Assembly: GCF_006345805.1 (NCBI RefSeq)
Contig: NC_043018.1
Coordinates: forward strand, 1,984,001-2,048,000
Reading direction: 5' to 3'
Source: Octopus sinensis
Lineage: Eukaryota
Length of the DNA: 64,000 nucleotides
Shown: positions 13,180 through 26,670 of the stretch, piece after piece
Layout: each line of letters opens with the position of its first letter
Position numbering within the stretch: the first letter of the stretch is position 1
Position numbers and translations under genes: made by a program
Notes under the pieces: generated by a model
The model's database searches: none
Seen by the model: only the letters and a program-made list of their open reading frames with translations
Told to the model about the DNA's origin: nothing

Positions 13180-13969
13180 ACTAGCAGTATTGCCCGGCTC
13201 GTGCGCTCGTACATTCTAGGCACGCGCGAATTAAGCTAAACGTGGATGAAGTTCAATTATTTTGGTTTTAAAATCAAACATTTAATGCCCTCAATTTTTG
13301 CGCTTATGTGTTCCATTTCCTCAATAGGAAGTACGTAGAAGCGTTTCATAAATTTTTGTTGATCAAATAATTGCATTTTTGAATTATTCTTTTAGATCAG
13401 TATTTCTCAACTGGGATTTCAGGGGAGAGTTTCAGGGAGTCGCTGAAAATCCGGCCTGCTAAAATTTGGTTAAAGTGATTCAAACCGCAGACTCAACGCA
13501 AAATGGTTACATTTAATTCAAAGCGTTAAAAATGTTATGAAAACAATTGGTACGTGTTCACAAAGTTCAAACGATTAATACGAAAATGCCCTCCAGGCTA
13601 CATCCCGAAAATTCATTTCTTTGCCGAATTTCTACACTGTTTACGGCGATTCGTTTTTATATCTTGATTTTTTTCAGGCAATTTACGCATGCTTGCACGC
13701 GTGGTGAACACAGCTCACGTGAAACAGCTGACTGAGTAAAGTTCACTATTCAATGCATGGGATAAGGCCTAAACAAACACATTATCGATTTTTGCACTTG
13801 CGAGATGAATTTCGGAACAGAAATAGCGCAGTTCAATTTTCATTCGCCTAAAGTTAAAGTGACCCATTTTTGGTGGTTCTACGATTTGTTGGCTAGAAGG
13901 AGATGTGCCGGGAAGTTAAACACACAGACACACACAAAGATATACAAGTTGAGTTTTATATATATAGAT
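13180..13969 (+). mobile_element. Non-autonomous Helentron-like element
   Basis: ACTAGCAGTATTGCCCGG start; (CA)-rich tract then TTTTATATATATAGAT end. Confidence 0.6.
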
Positions 13970-14019
13970 TTAGCGTTACATACATACAAACATCCACTCA
14001 TTCACACAAATATACATAC

Positions 14020-14270
14020 ATGATGATGGCCGTTCTCTCGTAATCGAGGAAGACATTTGCTGACCTTCAGGAACATTATACGATCAAGGACTAACATATA
14101 TTTTGCATTTGCGGCTCCGTTGGTGGCTAATGAACCCTGCTCTTGACAATTTTCATGCAGAATACGTGCTCTATCAATGTGGCGATGACAGTCATTGCTC
14201 TTCCGGTCAGTTTCCTGCATATCACAGGCCTTTAATGAAGACTTGACATTGTCCTTAAAACGCAGCCTTA
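14020..14270 (-). mobile_element. RTE LINE 3' end fragment
   Basis: RLRFKDNVKSSLKACD motif; (CAT)n tail. Confidence 0.7.
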
Positions 14271-14379
14271 CATAAATGCATGCATATATATACATATATA
14301 CATACATACATACATACATGCATACATACATACGAAATACCTACATATATATATATACATACAGACATACATACATTTA

Positions 14380-14562
14380 TTGCTTTACTTGAAGGGATTC
14401 TTAGACGAAAAACTCGACCCCAGGACCTACTTTTTAAGCCTAGTACTCATTCCATCGGTCTTTCTTGCCGAACAACGAATGTTACCTGTCACGTAAACAT
14501 GCCAGTACTGGTTGTCAAGCGGTGATGGGGTAACAAACACAGACTCAAAGACACGCACACAC
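14380..14562 (-). mobile_element. SINE family B 3' portion, degenerate
   Basis: Similar to 18520-18730 and 43120-43315. Confidence 0.6.
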
Positions 14563-14581
14563 ATCATATATATACATATAC

Positions 14582-14697
<116 letters not shown>

Positions 14698-14744
14698 AAA
14701 CAAGTCAAATAGAAAATGCTAAAATAATTTTATAAAGAATATTT

Positions 14745-14782
14745 CAGTACCGTTTTCGGTCATTTTGAGACCTTTTCAACTG
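14745..14782 (-). ncRNA. Type-I hammerhead, U3:A8 core
   Basis: CAG-TTGAAAA-GGTC tcaaaat GACC-GAAA-ACGG-TA-CTG; about 50 nt from (TA)n. Confidence 0.7.
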
Positions 14783-14918
14783 TAACGATTAAATAATTAA
14801 TTTTGGAAAAATTAAAAGAAAAGTTTTTTTAAAGGAATATTTGTATAGTGTTCAAATATAAGTGGCATTCTGCCTTTCTCTGTCTCCCTTGTTTGCACTT
14901 GTGTGTTCGAGGCCGTTG

Positions 14919-14959
<41 letters not shown>

Positions 14960-15090
14960 AAATGTTTGGAGATGATGTACAGGTATTTTATATTCGAAGA
15001 AATGAGGTACTCAGAAAATCGGATGGTTTTATATTTACAGATATTTATTTGTATATTACATATTTTTATACATCATATAATTTAGATCAT

Positions 15091-15131
15091 GTATTAGCGC
15101 TTTCTCCCATTCTAGTGGGGTTTTCAAATCG
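15091..15131 (-). ncRNA. Hammerhead-like motif, U3:A8 core, weak stem I
   Basis: TTGAAAA-cCCCA ctagaa TGGGa-GAAA-GCGC-TA. Confidence 0.5.
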
Positions 15132-15231
15132 AACTAAGTACCTATGTGAAAAGTTTTGACCATTTTATGGTGTTATTGAGTTTGTAGTGGTGAGGAGGAA
15201 TATAAGACAGTATATATGTATATATATATGG

Positions 15232-15374
15232 TGGCCCGCTGAATTCTACACTGTTTTATTTATTCCGTTTTGTTTCATTCTCTCTTCATTCTTATCCTTT
15301 TATTCCTTTCTGCCAATGAGCGTAGGCTGAAAATGTAAAAGACTTTTCCATTTTTCTCGTGCGTTGAACTAATA
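15232..15374 (+). mobile_element. Short (TA)n-associated element with decayed GAAACGT-type hammerhead
   Basis: Similar to 17125-17320, 17345-17493, 11420-11545 and 46670-46838. Confidence 0.55.
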
Positions 15375-15439
15375 TATATATAGTGGCCCTCTCAAATACG
15401 CCCTTAGCTGCCCGGATATTTACCCTTACTACCTACGTA

Positions 15440-15973
15440 GACGAAACGAAAGTCTCTCAGAAAATGCAAAACCTTAGCTATGTTGCACGTCCGCGCCAGG
15501 AATTGGACGCAATTTATAGATGTGCTGAGACCAATAATATATAGTTGAATGCTGGAAAATTTTAAACCTTGTGTACCAAAAACTAAAATTGAACGAAAAT
15601 CTTACAGGGTACACTGGCGCATCGGGTATTACAATACCAAAACCAAAATGAGTTCCTGACCTGGGTATCGACATGATGGCGACAAAGTGCACATGGTTGG
15701 CTGTCTGGATCCTGAGAACCTTCAGACCCAGAGAGAAGAAAACATGATAGTCCTCTAAACGACATTGGTTCTAAGCCGCCTGGACAACTGTTCCCAACTA
15801 TGGTCACCCCACAGTGTAAAATTAACAGCGGACTTTGAAGCAATTCAACGAAGATACACCAACAAGATCGTCTCCTTGCGACAGCTCGGAAACTGGGAAA
15901 GGCTGAAACAGCTAAGATTCTATTCCCTGGAGCGAAGTCGGAGAGATATGCAATAATATACATCTGAAAGATA
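15440..15973 (+). mobile_element. CR1-clade LINE RT C-terminal fragment
   Basis: LVLSRLDNCSQLWSPH...EAIQRRYT..I...[14 protein letters not shown]. Confidence 0.88.
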
Positions 15974-15977
15974 AATA

Positions 15978-16150
15978 TACAACGGGCATTTTTGAGTTTC
16001 CCTCAACAAATCCACTCACAAAGCTTTGGATGGCCCGCTGCTATAGTAGGAGACATTTGCCCAAGATGCCACGCAGTGGGACTGAACTCGGAGCCATGCC
16101 ATGTATTTGGGAAGCAAACTTCTTTCTTACTACACAGCCACGCCTGCGGC
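15978..16150 (-). mobile_element. tRNA-derived SINE family B (CORE-like CTTGGGCAAGTGTC), 5' half
   Basis: Reverse complement of GCAGGCGTGGCTGTGT..GTTCAGTCCCACTGCGTGGCA; similar to 56762-56930. Confidence 0.85.
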
Positions 16151-16178
16151 TATATATTATATGTTATATATATATTAC

Positions 16179-16269
<91 letters not shown>

Positions 16270-16283
16270 TTAATATATACCAT

Positions 16284-16394
<111 letters not shown>

Positions 16395-16396
16395 AT

Positions 16397-16458
<62 letters not shown>

Positions 16459-17124
16459 ATATATATATATGCGTACACACATATAGATATACATAAATAT
16501 ATAAACGTATCTAAACTCCAGACCGATATTCACACATCCGCACTCACACAGTCGCGCACGCATACATACAGATACAGATACAGACAGAGACACAGAACGT
16601 TTTACAGACATAAATTATACACGCATACACAGACGGGTTTTTATATATGTATGTACGTTTATAATAACTGTCAAAATATTAATTTCTAGATATATGCAGC
16701 TTTCGTATTGAATCCAGATTCCTCCCGAGGCATGCACTCTTTCTCAAATATCAAATTACCATATGTAGAAATATATTTACATAAAATTGGTGGATATTTG
16801 ACCTGTAGACATAATAAGTGTACACAGCGTCTGAGAGGAAAATATTTATCGCTCAACATTATTTGAGCTTCTGCTAAAATAATATATATGTATATACAAA
16901 CATACACACAAACATGCATGCATGCATACATACATGCATACACACACATTACACACGTATACACACTGAAACACGTGAGGCACACTTGACACCATTCACA
17001 CATACTGACATACACGATCACACGCACTCACCATTCTCACATACATACACATTTTTGCGCACTTTTGTTCGTTGGGATCCCCATTATAATCTTTCTTTTA
17101 TTCAACCTCATTTTTTCCCAGTCG

Positions 17125-17493
17125 TACGCTGAACTCTACACTGCTTTTTTTCACTCTCGGTTTTTTTCATTTTCTCTCCATTTTTTCACACTTATTACTT
17201 TCTCTCGAAGTGCGTAGGCTCAAAATGTAAAAGACTTTTCCATTTTCCCGTGCGTTGGACTAATACACCTGCTTGTTTTTCCAACACCTGTCTTCCTCTT
17301 TTATAACTTTGAATTATATACATATAATTGACCGCTAGCTCCAAAAGATTTTTCATTCTCTCTCTGTTTATTTCCTCTTGTTCCTTTCTGCTGCAGAGCG
17401 TAGACTCGAAACGTAAAATATTTCCTCACTTTCCTCAACATCTGTTTCTTGTTTAAACACCTGTTTTTTGTTTTTTTTTTGTAAATTTCAACT
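17125..17493 (+). mobile_element. Two tandem short elements with decayed GAGC-GTAG-GCTC-GAAACGTA hammerhead-like motif
   Basis: 17385-17418 reads TTT-CTGCTGC-a-GAGC gtag ACTC-GAAA-CG-TA-AAA. Confidence 0.5.
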
Positions 17494-17721
17494 ATATATA
17501 TATATATATATATGGTGCATTATGGAGCAGTCATTTTAACGAGATTTTTTTTTATTTATCACGCAACGAGATACATCTGCACCAATGGATACTACTGTAT
17601 CAGTTTTTATGTGTCCCACAAGAAGAGTCGATGCTAGATGTGTGGAAACCATTGTTGTGATTACTAATATATTCTCGTATATTCCATCTTCTGTCTTTCA
17701 TTTGTCGTTATATATATATAT

Positions 17722-18087
17722 ATATTAATAGTTATCGCCATACTAATATGGTAGTCTATAAATATAAGACTAAAGCTGTCGCTGATTAGCTCCAAGAGGC
17801 CATCGCCTCTAGCTAGCTATTTGACACACGAACCTACGTCCATTACAAACCTTCGAACAGGGGAGGTCAGCCGCTTCACCTTGCTAGTCAGACATCTGCA
17901 GACATGTTTCAGGGTTGTTGCCCTTTATCAATGCAGCGTAGTCAGACCTGCAGGTGTCGCTACTGACCGTCTGTTCGAAGATTTTATTTACCTAGTTACA
18001 GTGGAATACATCCACTTGTTTTCAATAATAGAAATATTACTAAGTCTCTCTAAAGGAGATTACGGCAGCGTTACTGGATATTAATAG
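17722..18087 (-). mobile_element. Complete 356-bp retrozyme-like monomer
   Basis: 10-nt terminal redundancy ATATTAATAG at 17722 and 18078; internal hammerhead; circular permutation of 9573-9796. Confidence 0.8.
17896..17936 (-). ncRNA. Type-I hammerhead, U3:A8 core
   Basis: CTGCA-TTGATAA-AGGG caacaa CCCT-GAAA-CATG-TC-TGCAG. Confidence 0.85.
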
Positions 18088-18117
18088 TGTTTTTTTAGCT
18101 GTCTTATGTGTACTCTT

Positions 18118-18209
<92 letters not shown>

Positions 18210-18308
18210 AAGAGGACACATAAGACAGCTAAAAACAACCACGTGGATTCTGTTGAGACCTGTAAGAAACAATTATGAACTTTTTTATTACACTTAACTT
18301 TTTAAAAT

Positions 18309-18353
18309 ATTTTTGATAAGGTTCGTATTTTCAAGAACCGAAACATGTAAAAT
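18309..18353 (+). ncRNA. Type-I hammerhead, U3:A8 core, family unrelated to 17896
   Basis: ATTT-TTGATAA-GGTTC gtattttcaa GAACC-GAAA-CATG-TA-AAAT. Confidence 0.8.
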
Positions 18354-18404
18354 TTCTAAGAAAATTAAAATTTATCTTATATAGTGGCGTTTTCAAACTT
18401 CTTT

Positions 18405-18460
<56 letters not shown>

Positions 18461-18519
18461 GCACTCATATGCGCACGCATGTGTGAGTGTGTGTGTGTGC
18501 GTGTGCATTAATAATTTTA

Positions 18520-18920
18520 TTTGTTTCTATCATTAGACTGCGGTTATACTGGAACACTCCCTTGACGTATTTAGTCGAACGAATAGACTCCAGTACTAAT
18601 TTTTTAAAGCCTGGTACTTAATTAGTTTTTTTTACCGAACCGCTGAGTTATGGAGTATGTAGGGAAAGCAACACCGGGGGCAGGAGGGGGCGGATGACAA
18701 ACACACACTTACACATAAACAGACACACACATATGCATTTATGCTATGTGTGTGTATGTGTGTGTGTACGACTGGATTCTTTCTGTTTCCGTTTACCAGA
18801 TCCACTCACAAGTCTTTGGTCGGCCCGTGGCTTTAGTCGGAGATACCTGCCCAAGATTTCACGCCGTGGTATTCAACTAGGAACTAAAACCTCCAACCGC
18901 AAAGCCTCGGCCGCCCCTAT
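18520..18920 (-). mobile_element. SINE family B, near full length, internal (CA)/(TG) tract
   Basis: Matches 15978-16150 plus the shared 3' tail. Confidence 0.75.
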
Positions 18921-19455
18921 ATGAATATTTGTGTATGCATGTATGCATGGTTGTCTGTATTTGAATGCACTTTTCCGATTACTAACTCTGTAGGATTACT
19001 GTATCCAGAACGAAACCACAAACACACAAAATATGCTCTTTTATGTTCAGACTTTGAAGTTATCAATTTCTATATTATCAGGAATCAAGTTCCATCGTTC
19101 TACATCTGTGACCTGAACATTGATTCTCTACTTAACACTAAATATATTGAAGTTACAGATTTAGTTCCAGCACAATGGTTCGGGATCAATGTTTTTGACG
19201 AGGTAATTCGCCAGACATATTCACACATGGACACACATACATACACAAGTTACTACGTACAGAAGTATAGTATGCATTCCCTTACGTAACACGCATACAG
19301 AAACATATGCTTACACACATGTATATTCCTACATATCAATTTACATACACATCGTATTAGTTATACGACGAACATTATATCATATACATATAGATGTTAG
19401 ATGTATACGTAAATGTTTATAAACATATATACATATACACAAACATATGCATACA

Positions 19456-19538
<83 letters not shown>

Positions 19539-20312
19539 ATATATATACATATAGTTATATATTTATGTATGCATATCACACAACATATCTATACATTCAT
19601 AAATATGAGCATAAAAATGTTTATGAAATCCATACATCCACATAACTTAGCTAATATTAATTAATTTGCTTGTGTTAGCATTTTTGCAATGTGCATATGC
19701 AGTGAAATCTATTAATTATTTATTAGGTAGTTATTATGTTAATAGTAATTAGATTTTTGTTTTATTAAATAACGTTCCTATAATTATTACAATTGCTTGC
19801 ATAAATCAAATAACAAGGACTTAACCGATGTAAATTCATTTCAATAAAATTGTCACACTCCTCGTTAAAATAAATATCATAATGCTGTTTCGTATAAATC
19901 GTTGTTTATCATATATGCATAGAAATATAGACATACGCACACGTGTGCACAGACAGACAGACACACGCTCGAACACACTCATGTACACACACATACTATG
20001 ACACACACACACACACACAATCAAAAGCACACATGCATATACACACACCCTCTGACACACAAATACACAAAAAAACTCGCACACATACATATAGAATCCC
20101 CTCGACCACACTCCTATACACACACACACTGACACACAATCACGCACACATTCATACACACAGAAAATCACACCCACGTACGCCTAATTCTCCGAAGGTT
20201 TTGGGATAGGGTCCTCAGATACGACCTTCGAAGTTCCTATCAAAAGCAGTCATCATGATTCATTTCGGATGGATGCCCAAGTGTGAGAAAGAAATTGAAT
20301 CTGCGGATATTA

Positions 20313-20495
20313 GTTTCAAATTTTGGCACAAGGCCAGCCGTTGTGGGACAGAGTATAAATCAATTACATCGAACCCATCGCGCAGCTGGTATTAATTTCA
20401 TCGAGCCGGAAATAATGAAAGTCAAACTCAACCGCGGCGGCATTTGAACTCAGAAACTAAAACCGGAGGAAATGTCGCTAAGCATTTTGGCCAAG
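20313..20495 (-). mobile_element. SINE family A, diverged
   Basis: Reverse complement of the family A body. Confidence 0.8.
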
Positions 20496-20989
20496 CATCA
20501 TGTTCTTGGTCAAGTCGTTGTTCCCCTACTGTCCAAACTTGCGACATTCTCATTCATCCGTAGAACTGGAGTTACGGCTTCTGAATGCGGGCTGATAAGG
20601 ATTAGGAGGTATATGATGGAATTGGTGGTGGCTGTGGCGGTGGTAATCATTAAGCTGATGATAATTACCATCATCATAATCATCATAATCATCATCATCC
20701 TCACCATCATCATCATCATAATCATCATAATCATCATCCTCTAGGCAAGACTACCTCCTCTGCTTCCTCCTCCTCATAACTACTATCAACCCCATCGTGG
20801 CCGTGGTCGTGACCGTGATCATCATCATCATCATCATCATCATTAATATTACTGTCATCATCAGAACAACAACCATAAACAATCATTCCAACCATCACCG
20901 TCACTATTATTTCCATCATTATCATCATCATCATCAACGTCGTCGTCGTCGTCATCATTTTAATCATCATCATCGTCATCGTTATCATA

Positions 20990-21330
20990 TGGAAAGATTC
21001 CCTGATTACCCCGTATCACGCTTCCTGTCATAAAAAAAGTATCCCGAGAGATTCCAAGGAACCACATTTCGCCCACTTGTATTCGCGATAATACACTTTC
21101 GGTTATTAACCTTTATTCACGACCATAGGTGAGGATAGGCTCGAAATCCGAACTGAAATTAGCAAAGTTTGGCTTTGCATACCAGCATCTTCCCATCGCT
21201 TCTGAGGATCGAACGCTGTAGCTGGCGCATTACTGTGCCACATCTTTCAGTTTTAGCATCCAATTCAGCTTCCTGATTCACTATTCGTAAATGTGGATCG
21301 GAGACTTAGATACAGTCACTCCTATTTGTT
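20990..21330 (-). mobile_element. Decayed RTE-type LINE RT fragment
   Basis: EAELDAK..VMRQLQRS..KAKL / FEPILTYG.E..SRIQVGEMWFL..IRESF, with frameshifts. Confidence 0.7.
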
Positions 21331-21621
21331 TCTTATTTCTTCATATTCTTTTCCTTTTAAAACGTGCTTTTGCAACGTGCTTTTTCGTAAGCTCTACTCC
21401 AAAAAACGATTTCCGGTTGGTATGTTGCCCTTAGGCTTCACTCATGAAGACTTAGACTTCATGAACATCATCATCATCATCTTCCTCGTCGACCTGCAAG
21501 GCGCTTCCATGGGAAATAGCATTTTGTAGTGTTTCGATTAAAGCAAACCATTCTCCATTTGTATTAGTTTCCACTCTACGAACCACAATGTGGCGCATGG
21601 TAAAGACACACCGATACATGA

Positions 21622-21678
21622 TGACTCATGACTCATGACTCACGATTCATGACTCATGACTCATGACATGATGACTCA
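21622..21678. repeat. (TGACTCA)n heptamer array
   Basis: Six perfect TGACTCA units plus two variants. Confidence 0.9.
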
Positions 21679-21772
21679 TGTCCTCAAAGGTTTACCATTA
21701 GAACGCAAATAGCAACAATAATATCAATAGTCATCATATCGGACGTTCAGAGACTCTGAATCGTATAATGAT

Positions 21773-21957
21773 TGGTTTTAAATTTTGTCACAAGGCCTGC
21801 AAATTTGATGGAAGGGGCAAATTTATTACACCAAATCCCGAAAGAGTGAGAAGCAAAACCTTCCTCGGCGGAATTAGAATTCAGAATGTAAAGACGGACA
21901 AAATACCGCTAAGCATTTTATTCCGGCATGCTAAATATTCTGCCAGCTCGCTGCCTT
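21773..21957 (-). mobile_element. SINE family A
   Basis: Ends GCCAGCTCGCTGCC, the reverse complement of the head. Confidence 0.8.
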
Positions 21958-23526
21958 ACAAACTAGAGATATCAATCGGTGCCCATGTTTGTGCGTGTCA
22001 TTGAACACAATCGATCGATCCGCTGTTAATATCTGATGTATCGTCCTCAAATCACATCCTATTGTGTTATAGTGTCAATATAGTAAAATGTAATGGTTGG
22101 ATATATAATCAAAAGTGGTGGCCACAGACGGAAAACTTTTTACCGTGGGTCTTTTCGAGAGATCGTCTTGATCAATGTAGGCCTGGGCTTAAGCAGCATC
22201 AACCACAGAAAACAACGTCGTCGTCGTCATCATCGTCATCATCGTCATCATCATCATTATCATCATCATCATCATCAATAATAACAAGAACAAAACAACA
22301 CTGTCAACAACAGTACCCACTACAACGACAATATACCGTTCATAGAATTTCGATTCTGGCTTCTAAGAGTTCAATCTTTGTTGAAGTAACAATGAATAAT
22401 TAACACATCTTAATGAAGTCATCTCATTATATATTCCACTTCGTAATAAGTCTTGCTAACATCCTCTTTGCTATGACGACAGTGATGATGATGGTGGTAG
22501 TGGTGAAAACAAGGAGATTGATAGGTATGATAACGATGATGATGATGATGATGATGATGATGATAATGATGATGGTGATGGTGATGATGATGATGATGAT
22601 GATGACGATGATGATGACGACAATGATGACGACGACGACGTTGATGATGATGATAATGATGGAAATAATGGTGGCGGTGATGGTTGGGATGATTGTTTAT
22701 GGTTGTTGTTCTGATGTTGATGACAGTAATATTAATGATGATGATGATGATGATGATGATGAGGTTGATGATGATGATGATGATTATGAAGATGATGATT
22801 ATGATGATGGTAATTATCATTAGCTTAATGATTACCACCGCCACAGCCACCACCAATTCAATTCATATACGTCCTAATCCTTATCATCACTATAACCGTT
22901 ATTGACGTCGTCGTCATCATCATCATCATCATCATCATCATCTTCATCATCATTAATATCCTCATCATCAACATCATCAATATCATGATCATTGACATCA
23001 TCATGGTCGTCGTCATGGTTGTCGTCCTAGTTGTCATCATCACCATCATCATCATCATTCTCCTCGTCGTCGTGATCATCATCATCATCAACAGCATCAA
23101 CTTCATCCTCTTACTCCCCTCCTCTCCTCTTTCTTCTCATCTCCTCCCTCCTCCTTCTCTTTTTCTTCTTCCTCCTCTTCCTCCTTCTCCTCATTTCCAA
23201 TATCATTATGAGCCATCGTAAGAATATTCATTTTTATTTCGTCTTCCTATCTCAACAGTTTCATCCTTAGCTGAAGACGACGACGACGACGACGATGACC
23301 ACCACCACCACCACCAGAACAAGATCATCCACCACTATCATTGCCACCACTCCCTCCTCTTTTTCCATATATTCCTCCCCCCCTTCCCCACCGCTTCCCC
23401 TCTATTATCCTTCCACTTAAATCGAACTGTTGTTAACTGATTCACCCTTCGTTCAACTTCCGGTATCTATAAAGTCAAGACACATTGCTTTCAATAGATT
23501 CAGATTCCAGCAGACTACCTCTTCCA

Positions 23527-23570
<44 letters not shown>

Positions 23571-24083
23571 ACACAACGCATACACACATCACACACATTG
23601 CTCTCTGTGTGTCTTTCTCTGTCACACACACACACATAATTGTACGCATATACACATTTACATTCACGCATTTATACAAACACATATTTAACAAAATTTG
23701 ACCTTTGTGCCTTTCCGACTGACTATCAATATTACCATGGTTACCATCCCCTACCTTCTGTCGTTCTACTTCCCCACCTTCCTCCTTCTCTGCCTCCTCC
23801 TCCTCCTCCTCATTACCGTAACCCTTCCGCCTGTTTGTCTTCCTCATCAATATCATAATTGTCGTCACCACAGCTAAGAGCAGTGGCACAGTAGCAGCAG
23901 CAAAAGCACCTCTTATTATCACTACATCGACCATCAACGCGACGACCATCCGCACCATCCGCACCCCGCTATCACCACCACTACAACCATCGCCGCTACC
24001 ATCACCACCACCATCATCATCATCGCCACCACTACCACTACCACCACCACTACAACTGCCACAGCATCAAGGCTACCGATACC

Positions 24084-24114
<31 letters not shown>

Positions 24115-24844
24115 CCGCCACCAAGAACAACAACGACACTACCAATACCACCACCATTATACGATCATCAGTAGAACCACCACTAATTACAGCATAGATA
24201 ATCGTGCGACCATCGTGCCACCATCGTGCCACCATCCTTTCATCCGTACCACTGCAGTATTGTCTTCCATACAAAATATGCCAATCGCAATAACCTACGC
24301 TCGTACATTTCCATGTGACCACCACACCTATGCATGGACACGTTCGAAGCATTTCGTTGTAATCATATACGAAGATACATAGGAGGCGGCAAAACACACA
24401 CCTACGCCATCTTAGAACTAAACAAATGTAAGAGAGCAGCCAGACACACAGACATCTGGCTTCCATACAAACACATACACAAACACGAAGAAATACACCC
24501 GTGCAGAGACGCGCACGCACGCGGACAAAGACACATATGCAACGAACACGAACATAAACGCAAACAAGAACACATAGACGCACGCGCAGACCCACCCAAA
24601 CTCTTTACCGGAAGTTATCTGCTAAACCAGATGTCAATAAAAGATCTGGAGATATTATCTCAACTGTTGATTCAAAAATTGGAATTTTACTGATTATTCA
24701 TTGAATATTAATTATTGTGAAGATGATGATGATGATGATGATGATATCATTATTATTGATGTTATTATTATTAATATTAATATCATTATTATTTTCATTA
24801 TTTTGTTGTCATAATTATTACTATTATTATTATTATTATTATTA

Positions 24845-24883
<39 letters not shown>

Positions 24884-25639
24884 CATTAATATGGTTATTT
24901 TTGTAATTATTGCCGTTGTCCATGTTTTTATTGATATTCCTATAATTTCCAAAATTGTTGTTGTTGTTGTTTTTGTTGTTGTTGTTGTTGTTCTTGTTGT
25001 TCTTCTTCTTATCAACAAAGCATTATGTTGTGAGCGTGCCTCTGTGTTTATAAATATGCGATCGCATATCACATTTTATTGGCTTGTATATGTACTTGTG
25101 TACCAATGAATAGTTATGTGGTCTTTATTGTTATTTAACCGTAGGCCAGTTATAACAAAATATAACAAAGCAAACTGAAATCACCAATAACTAAAGACAA
25201 TCCATCTCGGTTTTAGCAACCAAGATATTATATCTCTTTATCATGTGACGTAGTTTTGTCATATATGTGAAGATCGTTTGTGACATGGTAGAGATTTGGT
25301 AATTATTTATAACTGAGCTAGTGGACGCAGCTGTTGTTTAGCCCAAGGTCAGCACTGAACGAGCACACTAATATAGCCCTTGGCATTACAGCTGCGACAG
25401 TCAATATAACTATAATTACATTGTAAAATGTGTCATATTGTGAAGGAATAAATGCGTTATCTGAGGAATTTCGCCTGATTTTTCTAACATTTCCGGTAAC
25501 CCTATCGATTCTTCCTTTATTTGTGTGTTTGTACATGCGTATAAGTGAATGTTTAGCAGGATTTCTTCTAGTCTTTTATGTACTGACTTCAAATCTCTTT
25601 AAGATCAGCTTTGCGTTACGTCCCTCGGATTTAATAAAA

Positions 25640-25854
25640 TAATCCCTTCTACTTGGAAGCACAAGGTCTCAAATTTGGGGGAAGGGATTAAGTCGATTAC
25701 ATCAACCCCAGTGCGTAACTGGTACTTATTTATTAGACTCAAAGGGATGAAAGGCATAGTCGACTTCGGCGGAATTTGAACTCAGACGTAACGGCAGACA
25801 AAATACCTAAACATTTCGCCCGGCGTGCTAACCATTCGGCCATTTCGCCGCCTT
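25640..25854 (-). mobile_element. SINE family A
   Basis: Reverse complement of the family A consensus. Confidence 0.9.
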
Positions 25855-26670
25855 GGTTTTGATAAAATAATGTGATTGTCAAATAATGGGAGTGCTGTAA
25901 ACGACTTGTAGCCTCTGCTTATGGTTTTCTCTCTCAGAACTGTTGATGCTGGCGATGTATAGCTAAAGAGCCGTTCGATGAACACACGAATATAAATTAA
26001 CGCGAAACTCGAAAATAATTACAAATTTCGACATGTTCGATTCTGCCCCGTTCAGGTGGAATGATGTGTTTATACGCCATGGAAACCGGTTAGACGGTCT
26101 GACGAGCTCCAGATCTCAAGAAAACCAAAGAAATAAAAAAAATAAACAAAAACAAAAGTGATTGTAATTGTTTCTTTGTTTGCAAGCGTGTGTAAATAGC
26201 TGTTCTGTTAATATTGTTCGTGTGGATTAGGCGTGGTTGTTTGATAATGTTTTAACGTTCGAATAAACATGTATTATTGAACCTTTACGATTTTGTCAAT
26301 ATCATTCTAATCTTCGAGCTCGCCTGCTTTAATTTGGGGATTAATTGGTGTAGGTCATCCGTAAATTGGTGTGTGTGTGTGTTGTGCAGAGTCGATTGAG
26401 CATCGGATAAAATGTTTCGTAGTATTCTTTACATGTTCATACTCTGAGCCCAAATGTTGCAGACGACCACTTAGCCTTTCATCCCATCAATCCAATCCAA
26501 CTAGCGTGTGTATGTGTCAAGCGGGTATGAGTGTGTGTGTGTGTGTGTGTGTGGAGTGGGTGTGTGCGTGTGAATTTTTGTCAATAAAGATTTAATTTTT
26601 CTAAAGACTAAGTAGAAGTTTGTGTGTACGTAACTAAAGGCTCAGACGTGTTAAACATATTTGTAAAAGA

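Larger units (their letters stand above)
20600..22900. repeat. Inverted duplication of a compound (CAT)n module (20600-20988 vs about 22525-22885)
   Basis: Unique anchors GAATTGGTGGTGGCTGTGGCGGTGGTAATCATTAAGCT and CAGAACAACAACCATAAACAATC occur in opposite orientations. Confidence 0.85.
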
